Origin: Heteronotia binoei
Lineage: Eukaryota
Direction: 5' to 3'
Assembly: GCF_032191835.1 (NCBI RefSeq)
Contig: NC_083237.1
Coordinates: 49,910,001-49,974,000 of the forward strand
Length of the DNA stretch: 64,000 bases
Shown one piece after another: positions 48,470 through 59,970 of this stretch; the stretch's first letter is position 1, and each line of letters begins with the position of its first letter. The notes under the pieces are model-generated. The model searched no databases and was not told where the DNA came from. It saw only the letters and a program-made list of their open reading frames with translations. The position numbers and the translations under genes were made by a program.

Positions 48470-51074
48470 ATTATAATGCCTCAGAAAGAAGAAAGAAAGC
48501 TATCTGAGACCTCCTTTTTTGTTTTTGTTTTAATCGTTACAGAAGCAAACTACCGGTAAAATTCGTGGTTCATCTCCCACTTTTTGAAAGTGGGAGACAT
48601 AATATATATTAACAACAACAACAACGTGAACTTAACATTCCCCACTGTACGGCCAGGTCTTTCATTTATAGCGTGTTAAGTCCCACTGCGTTCCGTGGAA
48701 AGGTTGCTCAGCAGCGCTGCAGCCGTAGGTATTTCCTAAAAGCTACAATTCTGAGGACACTGTAGTTAGGCAGTCAATCTTTCTGACGTCTACAGAATGT
48801 GAACAGGCCTCTAGTCCCCAAACCCTTCGCTGTTGGTTCTTCAGCTTAGAATTTGGCCTTTGTGAAGGCAAAGATTTTCTTCTTGTATCATCCTGGAGAA
48901 CCACCGGGTTTTTCCAAACCAACTCGGTCTATTAGCTTTTCATTGGTGTGCCAGAGGTTGCCGCTGGAGAAGACTCAGTTTGTACTTGTAAGGACGAATC
49001 AGCCACGGGCTATTCACAGGACGGGAACCATATTCAACGCTGGAGGGTCCCCAAATATGAGTGCAATGCCGGGCTTTTCAAAAACCCATGTCTGAAGCAT
49101 CCTACTTAACCCTACGAAGAGAGATGGTTCTTTGTTGAAAAGCCATTTTTGTTTTCCAGACAGGATCCAGCGCCAGCTGTAGGCAGTTGTAGATAGCGGG
49201 TGCGGGGGGAGAGACCGGCCTCCGGATTCCACGTGAATTTATTCCTTTGTTCCTGACTCCTTACCACCCAGAGGCTAGAGCCCTAAACCGCTTCCAGGCT
49301 TAAGGCAGNNNNNNNNNNNNNNNNNNNNNNNNNNNNNNNNNNNNNNNNNNNNNNNNNNNNNNNNNNNNNNNNNNNNNNNNNNNNNNNNNNNNNNNNNNNN
49401 NNNNNNNNNNNNNNNNNNNNNNNNNNNNNNNNNNNNNNNNNNNNNNNNNNNNNNNNNNNNNNNNNNNNNNNNNNNNNNNNNNNNNNNNNNNNNNNNNNNN
49501 NNNNNNNNNNNNNNNNNNNNNNNNAAAGGCTAGAAGGTAGAAACATATTTGTTTGAGGGGAGAGATTGGTGAGTAATAGACTTGCATTATAATGGGAAAA
49601 GATGCATTCAGAGAGCAATTGAAAGCAAACCACCTCAGAAGTGACTTCCATGCTTTCCGATGGGGTTACTCCCAGGAAAGTGTTCTCAGGATTGCACCGG
49701 TAGACTGAAAGAGGAGAAAGTGATTGGCTGGACAATGACAGCGAATGAGACGGTAGGAAGGACAGACAGACAGACCGAAAGATAAACAGACTGGGTTCTC
49801 CAGCAACAGTTCTGGAAGGGCGATCCCGGCTATCTTTCCTCAAAGCCTTACCTTTTTATTTTTAAATATAATCCCGTCAGATTTGCTATTTGAACCATGT
49901 CAATACGTTCCATTTGAACGTCTCTCTTTTTATATTAAAAGAAGCACTGCCGTAAGCGTTTCTTTCATGCATTGTGTGTGTGTGTGTTGGAGAGAGAGAG
50001 AGAGCTATGTGTGCGAGTGGGGAGGGAGAAACGGGACATATGGAATCAATTTCGTATCCTGACGTTGAGAACCCGCCAATTCCTGTTGGCCTCTTAAAAC
50101 CAGAATCCATTTGGCCCCCTCTCTCTGGCACTTCTTGTCAGTCAGTCGGGTTCCCCCTTGCAACATTTTAAAAAAGTCTTATAAAGAGAAACAGCCTCGC
50201 CAAGAGACGACACGGGATTCCCCCCCCCCTCCTTTCCAGGAGGTGGGATTGTTCCTTTTAAATGTTCGACTTGCTAAGGAGTTGAAGCGCCGCGTTCCCT
50301 TCCTGCCTTGGAAATTGCTGTCTTGTTTTCGCTCCAGTCGGAATCCAGGCGAGTCCCTCCCCAAAATCAAAACATCCTTACGATGGAAGTCCCAACACCT
50401 CCCCCCCACCCACCCACAAAGCCACAGGGACAGACCTTAGCTGCAAAATGTACCGCGCGACACTAGGGTAAGCGCCTCTCCTTTTCCGCCTTCTCAACAC
50501 GCTTGCTTCGAGTGCTTCCGCCCTGCCGCCTTCGCTTCTTCTGCTGAAATCCTCTGGTTGCGAATTACTGCAGGTAAGAGTTTTTTTTCAAAAACAAACA
50601 AACAGACGGAAGGACAGACAGAAAAAAACCCTCAAGCCACTATGCAACCTCGTCTGATCTTAGCATAGGAATGCCAGGGCCTTTGAGATTTAATTAATAG
50701 CCATGACAAAGCTTGGAAAGGCGTCCATTGGTCGGCATGAGTTCTTGCACACACCCCACCTTAATGAGAGAGAGAGACAGAGAGAGGGGGGGGGGGTCTG
50801 GTAGCGGGATCTGGAAAAGCCGGAAACTGGGTGATCTATTCAATAAATAATATTTACGACGAAGAGAAGACGCCCAGTGAAAACAGAATTCAGAGGAGGC
50901 AGGTCGCTTCTTGGAAAGTGCGTGTTTGGACCAAGAGAGATCCTCTTCCCATCCTCCTCCGCCCCTAAAGGCCACATTTGTTACAGGTTTAACGCCTCTG
51001 GGCTGTTTGAAAGGGAAACTACAAACGTTTCTTGGGGCTGGGAGGGAAGGCACAGGGTGCGAAAGTGGGGGATG

Positions 51075-51084
51075 TGATTTATGG
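51075..51084 (+). promoter_or_regulatory. Pbx-Hox composite site
   Basis: Perfect TGATTTATGG. Confidence 0.45.
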
Positions 51085-52439
51085 CGCTGAGAAAGTTGTG
51101 TTTATTTGAGGTGGCTCCCGTCAGGACAAGCTTTTTTCCCTAGAAGACCAAATCTGTATCTGTCGAAAGGAAGTTTCCCTTCCCCCCCCCCACCCACCCC
51201 CCACCACATACACACACGCTCACTTTCCCATCTTTTATGTTTGCAATTTGTGGTCGACAAACATCTTGTCGAAGACAGGCTAGAAAAGACTTCGCAGAAC
51301 TTTTCCTGTCAAACTAACACAGCCAACGCGGCTGTCCACTTGGATCTACCACAGCGCTTGGCGAGCAGGCCGGTTAAGGCTTGCCTCCGAGCAAGCACAA
51401 TGGCACACAGTAGAATTTACTTCCGAGGGAACGCGGACATCGGACTGGCGGATGCCTGAGACAGCCATACTTTGCAATGCACGGAGAACATTTATGCGGA
51501 GACTTTTGGGTGTAAAACTTGTGACGCTTACCTGGAAGTCAACCTCACAGGACACAGGTGTGGAACTGCGTGGAACTGGGTTGCAAGCCCCCTCCCCCCA
51601 TTCCATGCGCTCTTTCCGTGCAATGTAAATGCTTTCACGCCCGTTTAAGGCCGCTGGTTTCAATGGATTTAAAAGGGTGTGACTTTGGTGAGGATTAGAG
51701 GTTGCATTCACCTGCACAGGGGTTAGAGCGTTTCTAAGATCCCCTGCCGAAAGAAAACCGCCGCTACCAGAAATTTCAGGAAGTGAGACGAGGGGGTTAT
51801 TTAAAGGGCTTTAAAAGATTCTAGACCGAAGGAGGGACCAAGAAAACAGGACAAACACTGGCTGCAAAAGGGTTCCTTGTCTTTCCTTCCTTTACAAGGT
51901 GCTTTTTAAAAAATTGTCCCATATATAATGCTTTTTTTCTTTTTGCCTTAGGAAGAGAGTGCTTTTGTCTTTCTCTAGTCAGGGTCGAGTCACTCGAACC
52001 CTTCCTGGGGTACAATGGAAATGTTAGAAGGACGCAAAAACAGAGGAGTTAAAATAGTGAAGAGAAACGGGAAAACTCAGAGATGGGGGAAGCTTTTGTC
52101 TCTCCCCGCCCCCCCCCCCCGTTGATAACTCCGTTCCTGGGACCTTACGCCAACTATAAACCTACATCTTTCTATTTAAAAAAAAAAAAAAAAACCACCC
52201 CAATATCTACAATTTCCTGCGGCAAAGTAAGGCCGTATTGCCAGGAGAGCAGCGGGGCTCCGTTCTCGGAGCGCCTCCCTTCTCCCTGGAAAATTGCTCT
52301 GCATTAAATTTCCTCGGCTCCAGAATCATCTTCCTTGCTCGCCTCCAGCGAAACTTGATTAAAAAAAAGAGAGAGAGCGAGAGAAGAAAGCGGCTTGATG
52401 CGTTGACAGATGAAATCCAAGAGGAAACCACAAGGCCCT

Positions 52440-52610
52440 TAAGTGACCCTAATTTAATCGATTTTATCATAAATCACCAAGTTGATGAAGAACCAAAGTT
52501 TTCATCGAAAGAAATTGATATTAATGGAGTGCTTGCGTCTTTAATTCAGATGTTGTTTTCCTCCAGCTGGTCTGACAATATTTGAGCAAATTCTTCGGGG
52601 GGGGGGATTT
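52440..52610. promoter_or_regulatory. Candidate conserved enhancer block rich in homeodomain sites
   Basis: TAATTTAATCG, TGATTTATGA on the minus strand (52467-52476), TGATATTAATGG and GATTTATGAC. Confidence 0.45.
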
Positions 52611-55284
52611 ATGACCCCCGTCCCCCCAAAAAAGATCTCTTAATTAGGCAGCAAGACAACCAAGAGCCACAATGAGACTTTTAGATTTAGACAGGACTTC
52701 AATGTAGCTTTGAAGGCCAGGGCACTGGTCAGATAGGAATATCTGCACAGCCAACAATCAGCTCGGTAGTAATCTACAATATCCCAGCAGATATGAAATC
52801 TCTCTCTTTTACTCCCATGACAGCTCTCTATTTCATTACCTCCTTAGTGTCTCCTGCTCTTCCAACGCAGAGGATGAAGCCATCTTTGGAACTCCAAGGA
52901 CCAAATAGCTTTTTTAAAAGTCTAAAACGTATGATCTAGCGATGCAAGTTCCAAAAATGCATGCGAGCTTCCTTACTTTTTCAAGGAAACTTGAGTTTAA
53001 AGCAGGTCCCAAACTGTGATTCAAAGCCCAAGACTTATGGATATCAGAAACCATGAAAAGAAACGGATAATGTATAATAACAATAAAATATATACATAGA
53101 GGAAAAAAAGACTTGCCTCACAATAGAGCTGCTGAGAGCCTGTTAAACATTGGCCATTTCACGATGCTTCATCTCCCAATTAAAAATTAACTCTGGGCTT
53201 CGGCTCTGTCTGTTATGGATGCCTGGGTCCCAATTAGCCTTTAGGTATGCTGATGAATTCCAGAGATCAAAGACCCTTGCAGAATTCAGTAAAAACAAGG
53301 AGGAAAACTTGGCAAGAGAACAACTGGTTCCTGTGTGAAACCAAACGATTTTTTTAGGTGGATCTAGCAAAGGCCTGGAAAGATCTCCTGAATACCTCTT
53401 ATGGGAAGGAAATCAATTTCATTCAACAGGACTTACTACCAAGCAAATGTCTTAGAGATCAATAAATAAAGAGATGTTGGGGGGGGGGTTACCTAGGAGG
53501 AAACTAACTTTGGAGAAGTCGCTGCAGGGTATGTTAAACTGGAGCTTCAGAAGGATTCTGACTCCAGATTAAGCAGTTGGAAGGGAATGTATATTCGTGT
53601 GCATACTTGTACTCTCTGTGTCTTTCCTTGCCATCTTCTCATCTTTGCTTTCTACTCCTTTTACCAGCTACTACTTTCACTTAAGTACACCTGTTTACTA
53701 TTTCTGGCAGGCAACTTTTCCTACTGCTGCTTTGCAGCTACAAGAGCCCCTAAATTTGCTAAGAAGAGCACAGGACACAGAAATGGCTACAGAGTTTGAC
53801 AATCCATGTTGTCGCACAGTAATGCTACCAGGTTACTGGGTAGCCGTCTTTCCTAGGAGTAAAGAGCAGCTAAGCCAACAACAACAACAACTCATCTCCT
53901 TTCTCTGTCTCTGTCTCTGCTTGGGATGCATTTGGTTTGGTTCTTTTGGAATGGCGTATTTCTAAACCCAAGTAAGGAAAGTGGGTGGCAGCTACACCAT
54001 TCTGTTTTGGTGGAACTGGGTTCCTGCCTAGTTTCTCCAGATGGCAAGATCCAATCTAAGAATAATAATAATAAAAAAATCAGCATCGGAAGGTGTTTCA
54101 ATGAAGACCCCGCTCTGGGGTAATTCCACTCAGTGGCAAGGAACCGCCTGTGCTCTTCCCGGAATGATAGAGGTAGCTGAGGAATTATATCTTAACTTTT
54201 CCATGAAGACTGCCTCCTGTTCAAATCTGTATCTCCTATCTACACAACGGGCTTCTAGGTATGAAGCCCATGTCCCCCTGCCTCCTTCGAACAGTGCAAG
54301 ACGATCAATAGCTAAAAAATTTGCATCGTGTGACCTTTTCTGTCTCTTGGGGAGGGGTTGACTTCAAAAAGCATGTTTTTAGGTCAAAAGGTAAATGTCC
54401 CTGAAATTCCTAAGGAATTTTTCCTCCCTGCGCCCCCTCTACATACATCCTTCCTCATTATGGATCAGATCCAGCCAGCTTTTTCTTCTGTCCTGCTCCA
54501 ACCTCTTTCTTTCTACAGCCCACATGGGTTTTGAACATGCAAGTCCTGTTATCTCTTACATAGACTTTTTGGGTGTTCAAAGGAAAACGCTCCTCCCAGT
54601 TTCTCACTAGCAGAAAACCTGGTGGTTGGATTCATCCCTGTATTTCTCAGGTCGCCTGCAAAGGGGTGGTTCTCAGGTCGCCTGCAAAGGGGTGGTTCTT
54701 CCAGAATCTTATTCACCACTTCACCCTCTTTCTTGATGAAGTCTACCTTGGATGACCCCGCTATGTTTAGGTCCGGAAATGCATTTTTAAATCCAATCTT
54801 AAACTTACTTCTGGCTCTACTGGGAAGTGGGGTCCACTGAGAAAATCAGGAGATACTTACTCATAAGGGTACTTAAAATTAAAGTATGTTTTAAATTGCC
54901 ATAGAGTTAGGTTAGCACTGTGAAGTTCTATGGAAATGGAGGGCATCTTAAAATACCACACCAGCTTCCAGGAATAAACAGACAAGTATTTTCTTGCAAT
55001 TAAAGCTTGGATTGTAGTCCATGTTGTTAAGAGGTCCAGTGTGGGCGTTGATCTGGACCTCCTCCGTGACAGTTCACAATAACTTTCGAGTAAAGTAGGA
55101 AGCGACTCTGTAGGGTCCAGCCAAGAACAGTTCCAACCAGGAAGAGATAACAACGCTAACATTTTCAACACCGGAGGAGGACAGAAGGATTAAAAAAAAA
55201 AAAGTTTGAGGAAACAACCGAGGCAGCCTCCTTTCCTTTTCTGATTTCAGTGTGTGTTGAAAACACGATTTCCCCCCCTTGGCC

Positions 55285-55330
<46 letters not shown>

Positions 55331-56071
55331 AGATGAAAAGATAATGAGACGTTTTGTAAGACATCTAAGAATTAAGAAAGAGAGGGGAAGAAAAGCTGTG
55401 GTTTCTCGGTCATTTCTGGATAGAATGAACTTCAGAAAGTATATTTTAACCCTTTGGGAGGGGGATAAGAAAAGAGTTCTTGTGCATCCAAAACCTAAAT
55501 AAACATCACTTGAAAATAAATCCTTTTGACTTCAGTCTAAGGGAATTTCAAGTGAGTCATCCTGCACATGACTAAATTAGTCCCACTGGGCCATGCAACC
55601 CGATCCTATCCAGGTTGACTTGAAGAAGTTACACTAGGATTACTCCCCGTGTGCACAGAAATGCAACTTTCACTGTGTTTACCCTGGCAATTCCTCTTAG
55701 TATCGAGCTGTTCATGGGCTTTGGGAGAGGGGAGGATTCACGCCCTCCCTCCAGTTCTAAGCACCTTACACTGCAGTACTTCCTTGGATCTCAATGAAAA
55801 ATCAAATTATTTATATATATATAAATATATATATGCAAGAGGATTAGGATTGCTGAATTATAGAAAAATGCAAACAACCAAAAACTATATTATAAACAAT
55901 ACGGAAGGTGGGTTACACGGTAAAGATAATGCAGTAAAAGCAGGCGATACCTACAATAATCGCTGTCATAATATTAATCAGATGCACATATCTAGGATGG
56001 GCGGGGGGGGGGGGGGGTGGAGCAGAAAGATCAGTCCATTTCTGTTAGGTTAGTATGGAATGGCATAGATG

Positions 56072-56254
56072 TAGGGCTTTTTTTTGTAACAAGAACTCCT
56101 TTGCATATTAGGCCACACACCCCTGATGTAGCCAATCCTCCTGGAGCTTACAGTAGGCCCTGTACTACGAGCCCTGAAAGCTCTTGGAGAACTGACTACA
56201 TCAGGGGTGTGTGGTCTAATATGCAAAGGAGTTCCTGTTACAAAACAAGCCCTG
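56072..56254. mobile_element. Palindromic hAT-type MITE
   Basis: Long inverted arms (T/C)AGGGCTT...CTCCTTTGCATATTAGGCCACAC...; perfect 8-bp TSD CATAGATG (56064-56071, 56255-56262). Confidence 0.92.
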
Positions 56255-57033
56255 CATAGATGCATCCCATCCAATCACCCCCTGCGCCCCTGGAGTTAAA
56301 CCTCTACAGAAGGAGCTGGCTTTGCCCAGATGGGTGAGGAGAAGAGGGAACGAGGAGAAAGGAACAGTGGGACTTCCTCCTCCCCTCCCCCCGCCCTTTC
56401 AGCTCGTGTTGTTGTTTATGTTTAATACTTTGGAGGCAATTCAAAACTACTTCCGTAGATTGACCATTAATCCGGTGAGTTATTAGGCTTCTTAACCGAA
56501 GGTCGTTTGGGAGAAAGAGTTACAATCCATCAAGGGAAGGGAGCTGGTGGAGACACTGCTGCTGTCCCGAGCTGGATGGAGTTTATGCACAAGTATGTGG
56601 CTGTGCAAAGGGAAGTGGGTTTTCTCAGTCGTTTGAGGACAACTCCCCCCCCCCCTCCACATGTATTTGCATATGCTTCCTCTAGGATCCAGGCCTCTTT
56701 TCTTGCTTAGTCTCTCCCAAATCCCTTCTTTGCAAATGGCCTGTCCATACCAATCCTTTGACGCCCAGCACAGCCTTTGGGGATGTGGTTAAAATGGACC
56801 CTCCCCCTTCTTTTATTCAGGAGGAAACCTGGCTGGCTGGGTCCACCCTAGGTCTCCATTGGACTGAGTCCCAAGCCTGTCTAGGATCGATACTGTAAAC
56901 AGAACTGAAACTGGAAATACAGTAACTTGGGTGCAAACCAACAGGACTCCCCCCTCCCCTCTATTTTTAAAACGGAAGTGCAGTTAACACCACTGCTAAG
57001 AAATTGGGGAGATCTTAGACTGTGATCTTAAAG

Positions 57034-57345
57034 ATAGATCCAGATGGGTAGCCGTGTTAGTCTGTCTGTAGCTGCAGAAAAAAGCAAGAGTCCAGTGGCA
57101 CCTGAAAGACTAACAGGGGTGGAATTCTAGCAGGAGCTCCTTTGCATATTAGGCCACATACCCCTGATGTAGCCAATCCTCCAATAGCTTACAAGGCTTT
57201 TTTTGGTAAGCTCTTGGAGGATTGGCTACACCAGAGGGATGTGGCCTAATATGCAAAGGAGCTCCTGCTAGAATTCCACCCCTGAAGACTAACAAAGTTC
57301 GCGGAAGGGTGTGAGCTTTCGTGAGTCATTGCTCACTTCTTCAGC
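57034..57345 (-). mobile_element. Penelope-like repeat copy interrupted by a MITE; intact hammerhead core lacking stem I
   Basis: ATAGATCCAGATGGGTAGCCGTGTTAGTCTG...GAGTCCAGTGGCACC; minus strand 57344-57309 reads CTGAAGA-A-GTGAG-CAATGA-CTCAC-GAAA-GCT-C-ACAC. Confidence 0.7.
57114..57284. mobile_element. Palindromic hAT-type MITE inserted into the Penelope-like repeat
   Basis: About 80-bp near-perfect arms CAGGGGTGGAATTCTAGCAGGAGCTCC...; perfect 8-bp TSD AAGACTAA (57106-57113, 57285-57292). Confidence 0.94.
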
Positions 57346-57439
57346 TCGGAAGTCACCACTATTCTAAACCATATGCATAGTGCAGGGGAATGAGTTCAGG
57401 GCGTCACCTTTGAAGTTAAAAGCAAAACCTTCAGGATTA

Positions 57440-57620
57440 CAGTAGAAAAGAGCAAGAATCCAGTAGCACCTTAAAAACTAACAAAATTTGTGGCAGGGTA
57501 GGATCCAGCTAGTCAGCTTCTTCAGATCTGAAGAAGTGAGCAATTTCTCGCCAAAGCTCTGAAGAAGTGAGCAGTGACTCAGGAAAGCTAATGTTACTGG
57601 GTTCTTGCTCTTTTCTACTG
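57440..57620. mobile_element. Inverted pair of Penelope-like repeat ends
   Basis: Arms AGTAGAAAAGAGCAAGAATCCAGTA / TACTGGGTTCTTGCTCTTTTCTACT; central 20-bp palindrome CTTCTTCAGATCTGAAGAAG (57517-57536). Confidence 0.7.
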
Positions 57621-57766
57621 TAATTTTGAAGGTTTTGCTTTTCAATTTAAAGATGATGCCATTGATTGAACTCATTTCCGTGCATGTGGCTTAAAACAGA
57701 GGTGACTTCCAATGTTCACTCCCAATCCTTCCAAGCCAAAAAATGTATATAGAAAGTAAATAGGAC

Positions 57767-57937
57767 CAGTGTTCCTTCTAAGCTGAGTTAGTGTGAGCTA
57801 GCTCACAGATTTTTAGCCTCCAGCTCACACATTTTTGTCTTAGCTCAGGAAGGATGACTCCAGAGTGCAGTAATTGATGCAGTAGCTCACAAAGTAGAAT
57901 TTTTGCTCACAAGACTTTGTGGTTTGAGGGAACATTG
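57767..57937. mobile_element. hAT-type MITE (same family as 48131, opposite orientation)
   Basis: TIRs CAGTGTTCCTTCTAAGC / GGTTTGAGGGAACATTG; TSD AATAGGAC / TATAGGAC (1 mismatch). Confidence 0.85.
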
Positions 57938-58364
57938 TATAGGACATATGAGATTACAACTATGGAGGTAAGGCTAGAGACCAAGACAGAGCTAAAGAAA
58001 GAGGCTGAGTTAGAGATAAAAGTACAGTGGGAGGTAGAGCAAGAGAGAGAGGGTCAGGGATAGTTATAGACAGAGAAAGAGTTATAGGCAATGCTGGGGT
58101 AGAGAAAGAGGGAGATGGAGACAGAGTAAAACTATTGCTTTCGTGAACCAGAAGAGTGGTCAAAACCCATCTCAGATTAATGGGCTTGAATGCAATTCAC
58201 AGACAAAAAGACATGCTATAAAATATTATTTAGTACTACCGTCCTAGAAGTAACATTGCTACAACCAATCACAAGAACAGCATTTAATAAGCTCATGAAT
58301 TGTCCTCTTCAAGCCATGCGGAAAATGTTAGGTTGCTTCTCCTGCATTTCCATAATGTGTGTTA

Positions 58365-58456
58365 GGCTCCGATCCTAAACATGTTTACCTAGGGAGAAAG
58401 TCCCATTGACCTCAGTGGGACTTTAGCTCAGAATATAGATTCTTAGGTCTGCGCTG
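58365..58456. mobile_element. Short palindromic MITE-like repeat
   Basis: Internal inverted repeat AAGTCCCATTG / CAGTGGGACTT; related copies at 7230-7319 and 59101-59183. Confidence 0.55.
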
Positions 58457-58809
58457 TTATTGACTGATGGTAGGTAAAGATCCGCTTCCTAAATCTCATT
58501 GAAATTAACCGGAACTTTACTCGAAGAACACCACCATCGATCGATTTTGTTACTGGTGCTACTAATGGTTCATTTTCTTGTTTTTCTGGATCCTTCACAA
58601 AGGTGTTTTCCACTTTTCGGGAAGCTGTGAGTCCTCTGGACTTGTTCTTCTCTCATCTCCATGACTTCCTGCTCTTGGGACTTTGGATTTCTGGAATTTT
58701 GGCCGCTGAAAAGTCGGTGTGGAGATGGAGCTACTGAGCTCAGGAACTTCCGGCTTCCTAGCTTTGCCTCCTCGCAGTCCTTTATCCATACTGCCCATGA
58801 TATCATCCA

Positions 58810-58950
58810 TAGTGGAAGCAGCAGGCCAAAGTTTGAGTCTAGCGGCATCTTTAAGACCAACAAAGTTTTATTCTGGATGTAAATTCTGGTGTGCATGCAC
58901 ACTTCTTCTGAAGTAGATCTTAGAGGCTTCACTGGACTCAAACTTTGTTC
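58810..58950. mobile_element. Penelope-like repeat copy with short inverted arm
   Basis: AAAGTTTGAGTCTAGCGGCATCTTTAAGACCAACAAAG...GTGTGCATGCACACTTCTTC, then CACTGGACTCAAACTTTGTTC (reverse complement of the left arm). Confidence 0.65.
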
Positions 58951-59201
58951 CGCCAAAAGCCAGGAGACTTTTGTGAGCCGCCTTGACTTCCAACGGTAAA
59001 CAAACGAAGGAATCTTCCAGAAATCGAGAACTGCCTTTCCCCAGTTGATCCTTCTCAAGAGACTAAGGGCTGGCAGTAGGATCCTAAGGGTGTATGCTTA
59101 TGAATTCAATGCTCACTCCCGGAAGAAAGCCTCATTGAATAAAATGGGACTTACTTCCGAGTAGACCAGCTCAGGCTTGGCCCCGCCCCGTGGGTCACAG
59201 G

Positions 59202-59769
59202 CAATGCTCCCTCTAAGCTGCAGAGTCTTGCGAGCAAAAATTCTACTTTGTGAGCTGCTGGCATGAAAGCTGTGAGGTACTCAGGGCTGGATTAACAACT
59301 AAGCCAAGTAGACACTGACCTATGGGTCCCCATGGCTTTAGGGGCCCCGGGCTGGCTCCCTCCCCCCAGTTCCCCCCACCCTGCTTGCAGCTCTCCCAGC
59401 CTGCAAGCACAGCCAACAACTGAGCCGCTCTTTCCCCGAGTTGCCTGGTGAGGCTGCTGCTGGCATCGTCGTCAAGTTTGCTTCTCTGCCTCTCCCCCGC
59501 AGTTTTGTCAAAGGGGCTTTTGAGAAGGTGCCTGCAGGCTGCAGCAGGGGCCACAGGTGGCGGGGCGGGTGCTCAGACTCTGAGATAATTTGTGAGGGGG
59601 CCGTGTCCCCGAGATTTTGATCGCTTAGGGGGCCTCCACAGGGTTTAATAAGGCCCTGCAGCTACTGCATAAATTATTGAGCTCTGGGGTCATCCTTCCA
59701 AAAATCTGTGAGCTAGAGGCTAAAAATCTGTGAGCTAGCTCACGCTAACTCAGTTTAGAGGGAACACTG
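59202..59769. mobile_element. hAT-type MITE (outer element of the second nested pair)
   Basis: TIRs CAATGCTCCCTCTAAGCTG / CAGTTTAGAGGGAACACTG; decayed TSD GTCACAGG / GCCACGGG. Confidence 0.82.
59282..59658. mobile_element. hAT-type non-autonomous element (inner)
   Basis: TIRs CAGGGCTGGATTAA / TTAATAAGGCCCTG; decayed TSD GAGGTACT / CAGCTACT; the outer MITE resumes on both sides. Confidence 0.72.
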
Positions 59770-59784
59770 GCCACGGGTGAGTGT

Positions 59785-59970
59785 GAAACAATTCTAAGAA
59801 CAAGGTTAGAGTCCAGTGGCACCTTTAAGTCCAACGAAGTTTCATTCAAGGTCTGAGCATTTGTGTGCGCGCACCCTTCTTCAGAGACATACTTTGCGGG
59901 TCTTCGCTGGTTTTAAAGGTGCCGCTGGACTCTAACTTTTGTTCTGTCGCTTCAGGCCAGCAGGGCTGCC
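59785..59970. mobile_element. Inverted pair of Penelope-like repeat ends
   Basis: AGAACAAGGTTAGAGTCCAGTGGCACCTTTAA and its reverse complement TTAAAGGTGCCGCTGGACTCTAACTTTTGTTCT; decayed hammerhead at 59851-59888 on the minus strand. Confidence 0.7.

Larger units (their letters stand above)
11890..49524. other. Eleven assembly gaps (N runs) lie within this span
   Basis: N runs at 11890-12063, 13891-14043, 17810-17965, 18702-18830, 23284-23427, 29459-29684, 33545-33725, 37303-37480, 38388-38633, 43592-43846, 49309-49524. Confidence 0.99.

Noticed and set aside
11826-49843. ORFs containing long X runs
   Set aside because: Artefacts of N-gaps.
50460-50580. Candidate HOXB3 non-coding exon ending at CAG|GTAAGA (50573)
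   Set aside because: A good donor motif alone is not sufficient evidence without transcript data.
57528-57590. Tandem CTGAAGAAGTGAGCA units as a CRISPR-like array or active double hammerhead
   Set aside because: Eukaryotic TE context, only two units, and both cores are damaged (no GAAA in unit 1; C11.1 changed to G and no stem I in unit 2).
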